From positions 6,176-70,175 of the IMG/VR virus record IMGVR_UViG_3300001525_000178: DNA of 64,000 nt. One strand, 5' to 3'. Positions within the stretch are counted from its first letter, which is position 1. Every line of letters begins with the position of its first letter. Positions 1 through 9,773 of this stretch are shown here, in pieces. Both the position numbers and the translations under genes were made by a program. Source of the stretch: a virus (lineage: Duplodnaviria > Caudoviricetes). Under the pieces are notes generated by a model. That model was not told the origin of the DNA and ran no database searches. It saw only the letters and a list, made by a program, of their open reading frames with translations.

Positions 1-1305
1 TTTTTCTTCTAAAATTCCACAATCCATTAGCCATTGTTTTACTTCGTCTTGGTCAGAAGTGACAGTATAGCATACGCAATTATTGTTCAACATATCTTTA
101 TATTCTTCAATTGTTCCTTCGTTTATGACCGTTACAAATTCTTGCAAACTTGGATATTTTTCAAATACTTTTCTTATTAATTCAATATCACCAGCAAAGC
201 AAGTTGGTTGTTGCCCTTGACAAATATGCCTTAAAAGTGTATCTGTGTTTCTGTTTGACAAAATTGTATCATGCGTTGGTTTTGTAAAATATTTTAATAG
301 ATGATAATGATATCGTCCGCTAGTTTTTAATGCAAGAATAAAGCCTTCTTTCCACTTACATCTATTAAATATTCTAAATAATTTTCCACTGTTAATATTA
401 CCATAAGTCATTCCTGTAAGATAATCGCACCTAGTACTATCTATCGGTTCGTGAACGAACTTTTCAAGCAATTGTACATAATCATCTTCTGTCATATTAA
501 AATCTTTATAAAAGGGCATACAACCACCTTTAGTGTGATATTTTTCCAAAAATCTTTCAGCAATCCATAAAAACGTTTCTTTTGTTTCTGGATTAATTTT
601 TTCGCTTGTACTTAATTTTGAACCAACCAATAAATGATACATAAATTCAAAAAAGTCATAGCTTTCAAGTTCAATTTCTTTTTTTGCTAGTTTGCGTGAT
701 AAAATTGGATTATCTTCCAATTTTGGTGTCCACAAAACGCATTTATGAAGTGCTGGTTCAAATACAACATGGTTTACACCATGTTTTCTAGCATTTACAA
801 TATCTGATTTATAATTATCGCCATAATGCATGTAAATCTTGCCAATTTTCTTTTGAACAATGTCGTATAAATTGCCGTCTGACTTGCTTGCTTTATAATC
901 AATGCTTGAAAAGATTTTTGGATTTTCATAACCACAATGTTCAAGAATTGGTTTTAATTGTTCTGCTGTCAAATACATATCAGAAATAAAATATCTACAA
1001 TCTTCTGGAAGACTATTATATTTATCTAAAATATCTTGATTTGGATATGAATTTTCAAGCTCTGTTTGTAATTCGACATTTATATCAAATTCTGGTAATA
1101 GTTTATATACATCTTCAAGTGTATGATATTTTTGTTTTAAACGTACTTTAAATTCTGCTTCAACACGTTTTTGTTTAAAATTATTGCCTACCTTTTGTTC
1201 AATAAGCGTGAAAATCCCCCGTGGTGAAAAAGTAGTTCTTTCAATCGCTGTATCGTAAATGTCAAATGTGTAAATTTCTTTTCTGTCTTTATGTTTTCTT
1301 GTCAT
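1..1305 (-). CDS. HAD-superfamily hydrolase (COG5610-like), runs off the left edge; not in the ORF track
   Basis: Manual translation from ATG 1305: MTRKHKDRKEIYTFDIYDTAIER...FISDMYL...IFSSIDYKASKSDG...HYGDNYKSDIVNARKHG (HAD motifs I-IV); frame open to position 1. Confidence 0.8.
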   Translation of the reverse strand, partial: MTRKHKDRKEIYTFDIYDTAIERTTFSPRGIFTLIEQKVGNNFKQKRVEAEFKVRLKQKYHTLEDVYKLLPEFDINVELQTELENSYPNQDILDKYNSLPEDCRYFISDMYLTAEQLKPILEHCGYENPKIFSSIDYKASKSDGNLYDIVQKKIGKIYMHYGDNYKSDIVNARKHGVNHVVFEPALHKCVLWTPKLEDNPILSRKLAKKEIELESYDFFEFMYHLLVGSKLSTSEKINPETKETFLWIAERFLEKYHTKGGCMPFYKDFNMTEDDYVQLLEKFVHEPIDSTRCDYLTGMTYGNINSGKLFRIFNRCKWKEGFILALKTSGRYHYHLLKYFTKPTHDTILSNRNTDTLLRHICQGQQPTCFAGDIELIRKVFEKYPSLQEFVTVINEGTIEEYKDMLNNNCVCYTVTSDQDEVKQWLMDCGILEEK

Positions 1306-1321
1306 TCCTTCCTCTTTATTT

Positions 1322-1738
1322 TTATTCGTTTACCATTTCGCTTAAACTATCTTCATCAACTTCCCAATTTGCTTTAACAATTTCTTTTACCGTTTTAATT
1401 GTTAAGCCTTTTGCTGGTGCAACAACGTCTGCAACATCAAATTCTTCGTTGCCAATAATTAGTTCAAATTCATCTGGATAAATCACTTCAACCTCTTCTG
1501 GTTTATCGTATATAACGCTATCATCGTACATAACTGAACCATGTTCAGCATAACCTGTTGGATAATCAGAATAAACGTCATAAACGCCTTGTGCCTTTAA
1601 TCTTGTTTTAATTTTAAATGTCATTCCATTTGACAATTCTGCTTTAATTATTGCGTTATCTGCGTAAAAATCTGCGTCCATTGGGTGTCTTTCAAACATA
1701 TTATATTCTCCTTTTCTTTTATCTTTCAACATGACCAT
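1322..1738 (-). CDS. Hypothetical protein (true start probably the internal MFERHPM)
   Basis: ORF track; upstream promoter at 1737-1765 and SD AGGAG before the internal ATG. Confidence 0.6.
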   Translation of the reverse strand: MVMLKDKRKGEYNMFERHPMDADFYADNAIIKAELSNGMTFKIKTRLKAQGVYDVYSDYPTGYAEHGSVMYDDSVIYDKPEEVEVIYPDEFELIIGNEEFDVADVVAPAKGLTIKTVKEIVKANWEVDEDSLSEMVNE

Positions 1739-1765
1739 TATAAACTATAATTGCAAATTTGTCAA
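1737..1765 (-). promoter_or_regulatory. Sigma70-type promoter, within a 58-bp block duplicated at 9384-9441
   Basis: TTGACA-17bp-TATAAT on the minus strand. Confidence 0.85.
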
Positions 1766-1793
1766 TACCTTTGTTAAAATATGTTAACATGAA

Positions 1794-2039
1794 TTAATCT
1801 GGGTCAATTTCATTTTTTAAATCTTTTAATATTAGTTTTTCTAAATACTTTACTACATCTGACTGTTTATTATCTAATATCAATAATAACTCGTGTATTA
1901 ATTGCCATGCCTTGAATGGTAACAATATTCTAGGATTATCTATTTTAATTTCTTCTACTATTAGATTAAGTTTATCTTGTAATCCAGATTTTGGCTTCAT
2001 CTTATATACATATTTGCCACGTTTTATAATATTTGACAT
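1794..2039 (-). CDS. Hypothetical protein
   Basis: ORF track; co-oriented and coupled to neighbours. Confidence 0.6.
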   Translation of the reverse strand: MSNIIKRGKYVYKMKPKSGLQDKLNLIVEEIKIDNPRILLPFKAWQLIHELLLILDNKQSDVVKYLEKLILKDLKNEIDPD

Positions 2040-2308
2040 TATCTCCTATATTCTCCTTTTTTCGAATATTGATTTCCTTTAAAAATATCACTTTCTTTAA
2101 CATTTATATAATCAAAATCTTCTACTTCAAGTTTTAATTTATGTTGTAAATATTTTCTTAAAATATGTAATATTTTATTCAAATCCATTGTTTCACATGA
2201 AATAATCTTATAATATTGGTCACATAAATAATATTTACCATTATAACTTTCATGTAATTCACAATTACATACTTTGCATAGTTTTAAAATTTTGTTTAAT
2301 ACATTCAT
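2039..2308 (-). CDS. Hypothetical protein (CxxC motif)
   Basis: ORF track; start/stop overlap with neighbours. Confidence 0.6.
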   Translation of the reverse strand: MNVLNKILKLCKVCNCELHESYNGKYYLCDQYYKIISCETMDLNKILHILRKYLQHKLKLEVEDFDYINVKESDIFKGNQYSKKGEYRR

Positions 2309-2532
2309 TATTTAAACTCCGTTTTAAAGTGCATAGACATATTGTTTGTATAAAGTGGAATATTATGTTTTTGTGCTAACCTTACAAAACGTTCTTTAGA
2401 TATTTTTATATTTTTACACAACTGATTATCATACAGATATAAAACCTCTTGAGTTCTAATACAAGCAAACAAAGTACGCTTACCTTGTTCAATTACTACG
2501 TTGTCAAGCAAATGTTGTGTTAATACTTTCAT
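2308..2532 (-). CDS. Hypothetical protein
   Basis: ORF track; coupled. Confidence 0.6.
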   Translation of the reverse strand: MKVLTQHLLDNVVIEQGKRTLFACIRTQEVLYLYDNQLCKNIKISKERFVRLAQKHNIPLYTNNMSMHFKTEFK

Positions 2533-2541
2533 ATTTATTCC

Positions 2542-2922
2542 TTATAAAACTTTGTTAATGACATATCTTGTTACGTTATTGCAATAATCTTCTAAATATG
2601 ATAAGATTTCACCATATTTATTTTCAAGACCTTCATAGGTTTTAGCACCTTTTTGTTTCTTTAATATTTTAGCAATTGTATCATATAAACATTCGATATG
2701 TTTCCTATCTTCACAACTACTATCAGTATAAGCGTCCAATTCTTGTTCTAAAGATTTTACTTGTTGTTTTAAATCTTTTAATTGCTCTTGCATGCTATCA
2801 ATTGTTTCGCTTGTATCAGATTTTAATGTAAAATAACACTCTGTTTTACAAGTACAAGAATATGGGCAATATTCTTTTTGTTCTGCGTCTTGATAAAAAT
2901 TACATCTTTTAAAATCTAACAT
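2542..2922 (-). CDS. Hypothetical protein (Cys-rich N-terminus, coiled coil)
   Basis: ORF track. Confidence 0.6.
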   Translation of the reverse strand: MLDFKRCNFYQDAEQKEYCPYSCTCKTECYFTLKSDTSETIDSMQEQLKDLKQQVKSLEQELDAYTDSSCEDRKHIECLYDTIAKILKKQKGAKTYEGLENKYGEILSYLEDYCNNVTRYVINKVL

Positions 2923-3269
2923 TATTTCACCCCATACATTACATCGCCATAAATCATATTAAGGATATTGTCGATTTCTGTTTGCATATCTTTATATAAT
3001 TCTGCTTCTTTTTGTTTAAACACCATAGGTTCGGTTCTTGCGTCTAACATTCCATACAATATTTTTGTATCGTTTACAATAATGTAGTAATAGTATGTAA
3101 ACATATCTTCATCTGTTCCTTGTTCTTTTTTATTTGAAATAGAAAAGATATTTTTTGGAACAACATAATTATTTTTTGCTTCTTGAATTTCGTAAATTAC
3201 TTTGTTCAACTTTTCTTTTGGTAATAAAACAGCCATATAACCTTCTTTCTTTTGTTCTATCTTTAACAT
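2922..3269 (-). CDS. Hypothetical protein
   Basis: ORF track; downstream of promoter 3275-3303. Confidence 0.6.
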   Translation of the reverse strand: MLKIEQKKEGYMAVLLPKEKLNKVIYEIQEAKNNYVVPKNIFSISNKKEQGTDEDMFTYYYYIIVNDTKILYGMLDARTEPMVFKQKEAELYKDMQTEIDNILNMIYGDVMYGVK

Positions 3270-3274
3270 GACTT

Positions 3275-3303
3275 AGTATAGCATAGGTTGAATAGTTTGT
3301 CAA
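3275..3303 (-). promoter_or_regulatory. Sigma70-type promoter (extended -10)
   Basis: TTGACA-17bp-TATACT preceded by TGc. Confidence 0.85.
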
Positions 3304-3360
3304 GTACTTGACCAGAAGTTTTTAAAACTTCGCCAAGCACTTATTTAAGATTCACATAAA

Positions 3361-3390
3361 ACAAAACCCAGACTTTCGTCTGGGTTTTGT
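3361..3390. terminator. Bidirectional intrinsic terminator
   Basis: Perfect inverted repeat ACAAAACCCAGAC-TTTC-GTCTGGGTTTTGT. Confidence 0.85.
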
Positions 3391-3597
3391 TCACCAATCT
3401 ATATCTATGTAAGATGAAAGGAGACAAATGTTCTTTTAGATATAAATTGATTTTGGAGACAATTTATATGATTTGCAACTCTTTCTTTGCTGTCAAGATT
3501 TATTTAACGCTATCAAATCTTTTAATTCGGTTTCTGGATATTGTTTTAAACTTTTTGTAAAATATCTGTTTAAAATCTTTAATCTCTGAACAATTTA

Positions 3598-3626
3598 ATT
3601 ATAGCACATGTTTATTTTTCTGTCAA
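3598..3626 (-). promoter_or_regulatory. Sigma70-type promoter
   Basis: TTGACA-17bp-TATAAT. Confidence 0.8.
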
Positions 3627-3661
3627 GTGTTTTATTTTATATTTGTTTACAAAACTTAATA

Positions 3662-4408
3662 TTATTCGTCGCTTTCTGGTTCTACATCAATAATATCATC
3701 GTCATTGTGTACATTAACATTTGAATTTGGAAGCAAACCTCTTGCTTGTTCATATTCTCTACATAAAGCAAGTAAATTTGTCGTGTTATTAATTGTAATT
3801 TGTTTTGTAGTTTCTTTATCATTCTTTTCTTCTCCGAAATCTTCTTTATTTCTTCTTTCCAAGTCTTTAACCAAAATTCCAACATGCTTGCTTGATGTTT
3901 TTGCATATCTTTCTTTTAAATATAAAAGTTCTTTATCCAAACTCATTTGCCCTCTATCGTAAATCAATTTAAAGGCAATATAAAGTTTTATCTTCTTGTC
4001 CTCTTCTTTATCGTCTGAAAAAGAATTATCTTCCAAAATCTTGTCTTGAATTTTTCTTATTTCATTTTCTTTATGTTGTTCACGATTTTGAATAAAAAAT
4101 ACTTCAAAAGCATTTCTGTTTTTATCTGAAATTGCTTCAAAACCCGTTTGGTCAAGATATAAATTACGAATACTATCACGATTATTTTCAAATTCATCAT
4201 CAATTTCATATTCATCAAAATCTAAAACTTCTTCAAATAGTTCTTCATATTTTTCAAGATATTCGCCACCAATTCTTAAATATTCATTCAAAGTTGCTGG
4301 ATTGATATGAAGTTGTTTACATAATAGATTTTTGCCACCCTGAAGTTTGCGAACGTTTCTGAATAAATTATTTATTTTTGTTTTGTTTAATTTAAAAGTA
4401 TTTGCCAT
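3662..4408 (-). CDS. Putative terminase small subunit-like / HTH DNA-binding protein
   Basis: N-terminal HTH-like LCKQLHINPATLNEY, helical middle, ERRNKEDFG and QITINN motifs, acidic tail DDIIDVE typical of TerS-like proteins. Confidence 0.45.
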   Translation of the reverse strand: MANTFKLNKTKINNLFRNVRKLQGGKNLLCKQLHINPATLNEYLRIGGEYLEKYEELFEEVLDFDEYEIDDEFENNRDSIRNLYLDQTGFEAISDKNRNAFEVFFIQNREQHKENEIRKIQDKILEDNSFSDDKEEDKKIKLYIAFKLIYDRGQMSLDKELLYLKERYAKTSSKHVGILVKDLERRNKEDFGEEKNDKETTKQITINNTTNLLALCREYEQARGLLPNSNVNVHNDDDIIDVEPESDE

Positions 4409-4420
4409 TCTTATTTATTC

Positions 4421-5020
4421 CTAAATTAAATAACATCTTTGCGATTGCATTTGACATACACAATCTGCTGGAAGTTCAATATCACTTATAACATTTGAAG
4501 ATACGGTATTCAAATCAATCCCCATTCCTTCAACATATTCTTTTGCCTTTTCACAAGATGTTATTTCGCCTTTATCGTGTTGTTTTTTCTTGCATTGAAT
4601 ACAATCTGTTTTCCAAGTATTTGGTCTGTCAAACGCTTCCCAATCATCTTCTACACCTTGATTTCTATGCCAATTTTTGCTGTTAAGATTTGATATAACT
4701 TCTGACACATCTTCAAGAATATCTGCTTCCATAAAGCGTTTAATTTCACCTTCATCATCTCTTTCAAAATGATTTCTATAACATTCTTTCACCGTTTTAT
4801 TTCTCCCCATACCATTGTTCAATAATCTTGTACTTTTTTGAATAATTTTGCCGTAGCATTTGACACAGGCGTTACAAGAATTTCTTTCTGAATATGGACA
4901 TAAATTACAAACACTTAAAACTGTTTCAATGCTATCAATGTTTGCGTCAAGCACTTTATAAAGTTTTTCTGCTTGTATTTTCTTTCCTGTTTCTGGACAT
5001 ATAATTGTATTAAAATCCAT
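4421..5020 (-). CDS. Cys-rich hypothetical protein
   Basis: ORF track; multiple CxxC. Confidence 0.6.
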   Translation of the reverse strand: MDFNTIICPETGKKIQAEKLYKVLDANIDSIETVLSVCNLCPYSERNSCNACVKCYGKIIQKSTRLLNNGMGRNKTVKECYRNHFERDDEGEIKRFMEADILEDVSEVISNLNSKNWHRNQGVEDDWEAFDRPNTWKTDCIQCKKKQHDKGEITSCEKAKEYVEGMGIDLNTVSSNVISDIELPADCVCQMQSQRCYLI

Positions 5021-5043
5021 CTTCTTATTTCCCTTTTATTTCC

Positions 5044-6894
5044 TTAATCTTTAAATATATTTACCAACTGTACACAACCGTTTTCGTGAACCAATGCAAA
5101 CGCATTTAACCAATTACTTAACCCTTTTGTATAATCAAGTTTCAGTTTTGTCATTGTACCTACCGAAAACGCACCTTTTTTAATTCTTGGTGTATGCGTA
5201 TGGGCTGATACCGATTTTTTATATGCTTTCCTATAAGTGTTTAAATTACCTTTTGCACCGTTTGCTCCTAAATGCCCGTGTTGTGCAAGTTCTACACCAT
5301 TTATTTTTAATGTTTCATCATTTTCCAACCAAACAACCCTATCAATATCGTATCGTCTTTTTGTTAGATTTTCAATCATATATTTTACAGGATTTATTGC
5401 ACCGTCAAATACCGCTTTTACAATGTCTAAAACGTATCTGAAATTTACAACATCATTTACCCATTTCTTTTCTTCAAGATAACGCATTAAGAAATCGTGG
5501 TGATTGCTTTCTGCAATATAAATGTGTTCAGCACATTCTGTAAGTTCTTCAAGACAACATTCGACCGCTTGTGCTTCATCTTTTAAACACATATTGCCTT
5601 CTTCATATTTTTGTGCAAGTTTGATTGGCTTTTTGAAATCCCAATGTTTAATTGAAATGCCAGAAAACAAATCATGAATAACCATTTCTTGACAGCCAAT
5701 TTCTTTGATAATTTTTGTTGCTTTTTCAAATATTTTCATATCTGTTTCGCCAACGTGTAAATCGCCAAGAACGGCTACTGTACGCCCCATATTCGTCGTT
5801 TTATATTCTGGGGTATATAAACTATCCATGTCGTATATAATACCCGTTGTATCGACTTGTACTTGTCTGAAATTAAATCTTTCATTATTTAAGATTTCAA
5901 CAATGATACCACCCATTACATGGTCATATTCTGCAATTTTTGACAATCTATGTGACATATAAATATCGTTTACGTAATCTGGTTCTGTCATTGCACCTGT
6001 TGTCATAATTGCGTTTGGATATTTATCCATTGAATTTGCAACATAGTCAAGTTCTTGTTTTGGGCTTGCAATAATTACACTTCCTTCTTGTGTAAACTGC
6101 GGAAGTCCAACAGATGGATTAATCATTTTTGCAGATACTTTAATATCTGATAAAAATAAATTGTTATTCAAATAAGTATCATGGAAGATAACTCTAAAAT
6201 TATCATCTTTTAAACGACTATCTAAATTCCATTTAAAAGCTGTTTTACGGTTCATAATGTCTTCACAAGGCATTACAAGACATAATGCATTTTCTTCTTT
6301 ACAAAAAGTCTTAATTGATTTGTAAAAATTGTCATCAACCCCTTTTCCAGATACCGCTGTCGTAACAAAGAATTTTTTATATTTATTTACAAGTCTATTT
6401 GTTTCTTCTTCATATTGTGATGTAAAATATGTTTCATTGAATAAGTAATCTTCAACATCATTATGTCTTTCACGACATGCTTTTAACATTTGATTTTCAG
6501 ATGTAAAATACTTATTTGCTTTAAAAGATACCAAACCAGATAAAACATTAATTTTTGGAACACAATTGTTTTTCACAATATAATCATAAAGTGTGTCTAA
6601 AATTGTATTAATTTGTTGTTGTTCAAACTCTTTTTCTTTTTGAACTTCTGATATTTTTTCTCGTTTTTCATCACGTTTTTTAAGTTCACCATTTTTTGCA
6701 AATAAATTATCCAAAAATACCATTGGCTTTTCTTGCGATAAAATATATTCACAAATTTGATTTAAAGTATTGTCATAGAATTTAACTTCTGCGTCACGGT
6801 ATTGGCGAACTAAATCACGATAATATTCACGATTTTTGTAACCATTGCTTGCCCTATGTGAATAAAACTTTTCAAAAAACTCTCTGTAATCCAT
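5044..6894 (-). CDS. Large calcineurin-like metallophosphoesterase-family protein
   Basis: Motifs GDLHVG, HDLFSG, ESNHHDFL, QHGHLG, AHTHTP. Confidence 0.7.
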   Translation of the reverse strand: MDYREFFEKFYSHRASNGYKNREYYRDLVRQYRDAEVKFYDNTLNQICEYILSQEKPMVFLDNLFAKNGELKKRDEKREKISEVQKEKEFEQQQINTILDTLYDYIVKNNCVPKINVLSGLVSFKANKYFTSENQMLKACRERHNDVEDYLFNETYFTSQYEEETNRLVNKYKKFFVTTAVSGKGVDDNFYKSIKTFCKEENALCLVMPCEDIMNRKTAFKWNLDSRLKDDNFRVIFHDTYLNNNLFLSDIKVSAKMINPSVGLPQFTQEGSVIIASPKQELDYVANSMDKYPNAIMTTGAMTEPDYVNDIYMSHRLSKIAEYDHVMGGIIVEILNNERFNFRQVQVDTTGIIYDMDSLYTPEYKTTNMGRTVAVLGDLHVGETDMKIFEKATKIIKEIGCQEMVIHDLFSGISIKHWDFKKPIKLAQKYEEGNMCLKDEAQAVECCLEELTECAEHIYIAESNHHDFLMRYLEEKKWVNDVVNFRYVLDIVKAVFDGAINPVKYMIENLTKRRYDIDRVVWLENDETLKINGVELAQHGHLGANGAKGNLNTYRKAYKKSVSAHTHTPRIKKGAFSVGTMTKLKLDYTKGLSNWLNAFALVHENGCVQLVNIFKD

Positions 6895-7003
6895 TTTCTA
6901 TTCCTATATCTGTTTTGACTTTACCGTTCGGTTAATTTTGTGTATGTTTTTATTTATTTTTATATAATTTTACCGATAAGTAAAATTCACTAACCATGTC
7001 TTT

Positions 7004-7032
7004 ATTATATCATTTTGTTTTCGTTTTGTCAA
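7004..7032 (-). promoter_or_regulatory. Sigma70-type promoter
   Basis: TTGACA-17bp-TATAAT. Confidence 0.8.
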
Positions 7033-7340
7033 ATGTTTCTTCTTTTATATATTTTTCGTTGATATTTTAAACTGTTCATAATCATTTTTCTATATTCGTA
7101 ACTATGGTTTAAAAAGTATGTTTCAAGTATCAACTTATCTGTATCGTGTGAAAATATAAATTCTTCTTTTTGTTTCAATTCTTTTTGACAATCTTTGCAA
7201 ATTACCACAATGTTATTTACTGTTATTCCTTTTTTAAGATTTATTCTTTGGATTTGCTTTTCATCTTCTGAATTAAAACATTTTCCACAATGAAAACAAA
7301 ATTCAAATTGCTTTTTAATATTGTTCTTTTTCTGACCCAA
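7029..7340 (-). CDS. HNH-like zinc-binding endonuclease
   Basis: CFHCG...GITVNNIVVICKDC pattern of small phage HNH proteins; His of the HNH motif not evident. Confidence 0.5.
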   Translation of the reverse strand: MGQKKNNIKKQFEFCFHCGKCFNSEDEKQIQRINLKKGITVNNIVVICKDCQKELKQKEEFIFSHDTDKLILETYFLNHSYEYRKMIMNSLKYQRKIYKRRNI

Positions 7341-7905
7341 ATTTTCCTACTTCCAATCCATAACATTGCCAGCCTTTTCGATAACAACGACTGAAAAATT
7401 CAACCTTGTTCAAGTTTGGATATGCTCTGTTTATTCTGTCATAACATTCTTCCGGTTTTCTGCTATGTTCACGCAATTGCGATACAATAACTTGTCCTAA
7501 AAGTTTTTGTTCTGGTTTAAATTTACCCTTATTTTTACCTTTTATTCCAATAAGCAATAATTCAGCATTTGCTCCGAAATAATATGAAGGCAATATTCTT
7601 GGTTTTCCTTCTTTTGAAACTTTTATCCAAACCATTCCGATTGTTTTATATTCAAAACCAAAATGTTGCATTGCTTCAATACCGAACTTTAAAGCTGGTC
7701 CTGTTACCCACATTAAATGCATGCAATCGTCACTTGCTACCTTATCAATTTCTGATTTGAAATCAAAAATTTCTTGCATTGACATTGTTTGATAATGTCC
7801 ACTTGCACCACCACCGAACTTGGTATTTTTATTATTTCGTTTTCCATAAATACCATCGCCCCATGGAAAGTCTGATAATATAATATCTGCTTTTCTACTA
7901 ATCAT
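7315..7905 (-). CDS. MT-A70-family adenine-N6 DNA methyltransferase
   Basis: DIILSDFPW (DPPW-like), LMWVT, FEYKTIGMVWIK, REHSRKPE, ELF-like EFFSR. Confidence 0.85.
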   Translation of the reverse strand: MISRKADIILSDFPWGDGIYGKRNNKNTKFGGGASGHYQTMSMQEIFDFKSEIDKVASDDCMHLMWVTGPALKFGIEAMQHFGFEYKTIGMVWIKVSKEGKPRILPSYYFGANAELLLIGIKGKNKGKFKPEQKLLGQVIVSQLREHSRKPEECYDRINRAYPNLNKVEFFSRCYRKGWQCYGLEVGKFGSEKEQY

Positions 7906-7910
7906 TTACG

Positions 7911-8225
7911 CTACTTTCTGTTTTCATCATTTGTTATAACTTGCATTTTTATTTTTCTAGGCATTACAATGTTTTTTGTTGTAATATTTGTAAATTCAAT
8001 ATAACAATCATGAATTGATGAAACGGTCAATTCTTCATCTTTAAACTGTTCAACAATAATCGATACATTATCCGCATGTTCGACTTCTGGAACTTTATAT
8101 AAATCCATAACACCTAACATTTGATATGTTGCGATACCTAGCGATGGAACTATTTGTGCTTTTAAACACTCTTTATTTTCAATATCAATTAATCTGCACT
8201 CGATATTCATTATTCTGCGTTTCAT
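7911..8225 (-). CDS. Hypothetical protein
   Basis: ORF track. Confidence 0.55.
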   Translation of the reverse strand: MKRRIMNIECRLIDIENKECLKAQIVPSLGIATYQMLGVMDLYKVPEVEHADNVSIIVEQFKDEELTVSSIHDCYIEFTNITTKNIVMPRKIKMQVITNDENRK

Positions 8226-8440
8226 TTCCTTCCTATTATTTTCCTTAGCATGTTTCTAATTTCTATTAATATATCTTCTATTTTTGGGTCTGCGTCATTT
8301 TGAACTATATTAAATTCATCATTTATATCTTCAATCATTTCAATTAAATCGTGTTTATCCACTTTTATTTTATCGCCCTTATAAGTTTATACCTATTTTG
8401 AATTTAACAAGCCTTAAAACGCTTCCTAGCGCTCGTAAAT

Positions 8441-8722
8441 CTATAAAACAAGTTCGCTAAATGATTTTACTTCTTTTTTGAACTGTTCAAAGTTTTTTGT
8501 TTCACTTATTACAGGATTTATTGCACCCATTAATAAAAACTTGTAAGCACCTTCTTGTGTAATCCCAGCAATTCCATAATTCTCTTGAATTTTATGCGTT
8601 TCTGGGTGATAAAATACAACCGATACTGTGTTTGGGTTTAATTCACCAGCCTTTGATTGCTCTGTCGAATTGAATAATTTGCACAAAAAGTCCGACAGCT
8701 TCTCAAATTTTGTTTGTTTCAT
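8441..8722 (-). CDS. Hypothetical protein
   Basis: ORF track. Confidence 0.55.
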   Translation of the reverse strand: MKQTKFEKLSDFLCKLFNSTEQSKAGELNPNTVSVVFYHPETHKIQENYGIAGITQEGAYKFLLMGAINPVISETKNFEQFKKEVKSFSELVL

Positions 8723-9072
8723 TATTTATATCTCTCTACCTTATTTCAATCTATCGTCTATATAGTCTTATATCTTTTATCGTTTTTCGACAACATCATC
8801 AATTTGTCTTTTTAATCTTAATAAACATTTTCTACACAAAACAATTGTATAATCGCCTAAGTTTATCTCAAATTCACCTTCTGAACCACAACCTACACAC
8901 CCATAAGGGTTTAATTCTGTTTTTACTACTTCCATTCTAATCCTCAAATAAAGTATCACATAATCCGTACAAAATATAAGCCAATGCAACGCCAGATATA
9001 CTTGCAATTATAACCATTAATGTAACCAAAATTGTATCAACCATTTAAACCTACTTTCTTTTTATTGTTTTT

Positions 9073-9091
9073 AAACCCCCGAATTTGGGGG
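9073..9091 (-). terminator. Intrinsic terminator
   Basis: CCCCC-GAATTT-GGGGG hairpin with downstream T run on the minus strand. Confidence 0.55.
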
Positions 9092-9099
9092 AATTAAAA

Positions 9100-9354
9100 T
9101 TATCTACTTTTCTTATAAGAACCTGTGCGTTGACCTTTATTATTATATGTGTTTACGCGAGTTGTTTGTCCTTGATTGTTTGAATAAACACGTACAGTTT
9201 GCGTCACAACGCCCCTACTATCTCTTACTTTATATTTTCCTGTACAGATATCTGCATTTGCTGGTAAGGCTACAATTACAATTGATACCAAAATCAATAA
9301 AAATACAATTGTTGCATTAATTAATGTTTCATTAAAATTTCTGTTGTCGTTCAT
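9100..9354 (-). CDS. Small secreted/membrane-anchored protein
   Basis: Hydrophobic N-terminal helix ending in ANA-D signal-peptidase-like site; own promoter 9391-9419. Confidence 0.6.
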   Translation of the reverse strand: MNDNRNFNETLINATIVFLLILVSIVIVALPANADICTGKYKVRDSRGVVTQTVRVYSNNQGQTTRVNTYNNKGQRTGSYKKSR

Positions 9355-9390
9355 AATTTATTCTCCTTTTATTTTTTAATTTACATGACC

Positions 9391-9419
9391 ATTATAAACT
9401 ATAACTTTAGATTTGTCAA
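9391..9419 (-). promoter_or_regulatory. Sigma70-type promoter (second copy of the 58-bp block)
   Basis: TTGACA-17bp-TATAAT; 9384-9441 matches 1730-1787 at 54 of 58 positions by eye. Confidence 0.85.
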
Positions 9420-9441
9420 TACCTTTGTTAAAATATGTTAA

Positions 9442-9711
9442 TTATTGTCCACCAACTCTTTTTGTTGCTTCGTAAACAAAGTCATCAATTAAATGAATAT
9501 TTCCTAGTGGTCGATAATAGTTTCCGCATTTCCAACAGCCTGTCGGATTATCAAGCCAAGTTCTAAATTTCATTTCATCAACCTCTGTTTCATTTTCAAA
9601 CTTGCCTGTCTTTTCGTTTATCAACTTATTAATGTGCCACCCGATAACATTGTCTGTTGCTATATAAGTATCACCGCAATGTGGGCATTTTACAATTATT
9701 AATGTTTTCAT
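9442..9711 (-). CDS. Zinc-ribbon hypothetical protein
   Basis: CPHC...CWKC. Confidence 0.6.
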   Translation of the reverse strand: MKTLIIVKCPHCGDTYIATDNVIGWHINKLINEKTGKFENETEVDEMKFRTWLDNPTGCWKCGNYYRPLGNIHLIDDFVYEATKRVGGQ

Positions 9712-9744
9712 CTTGTTTATAACCTCTTTAAATTTAATAAATTT

Positions 9745-9773
9745 ATCATACCATGCTTTTATAGTTTTGTCAA
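9745..9773 (-). promoter_or_regulatory. Sigma70-type promoter
   Basis: TTGACA-17bp-TATGAT. Confidence 0.75.
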
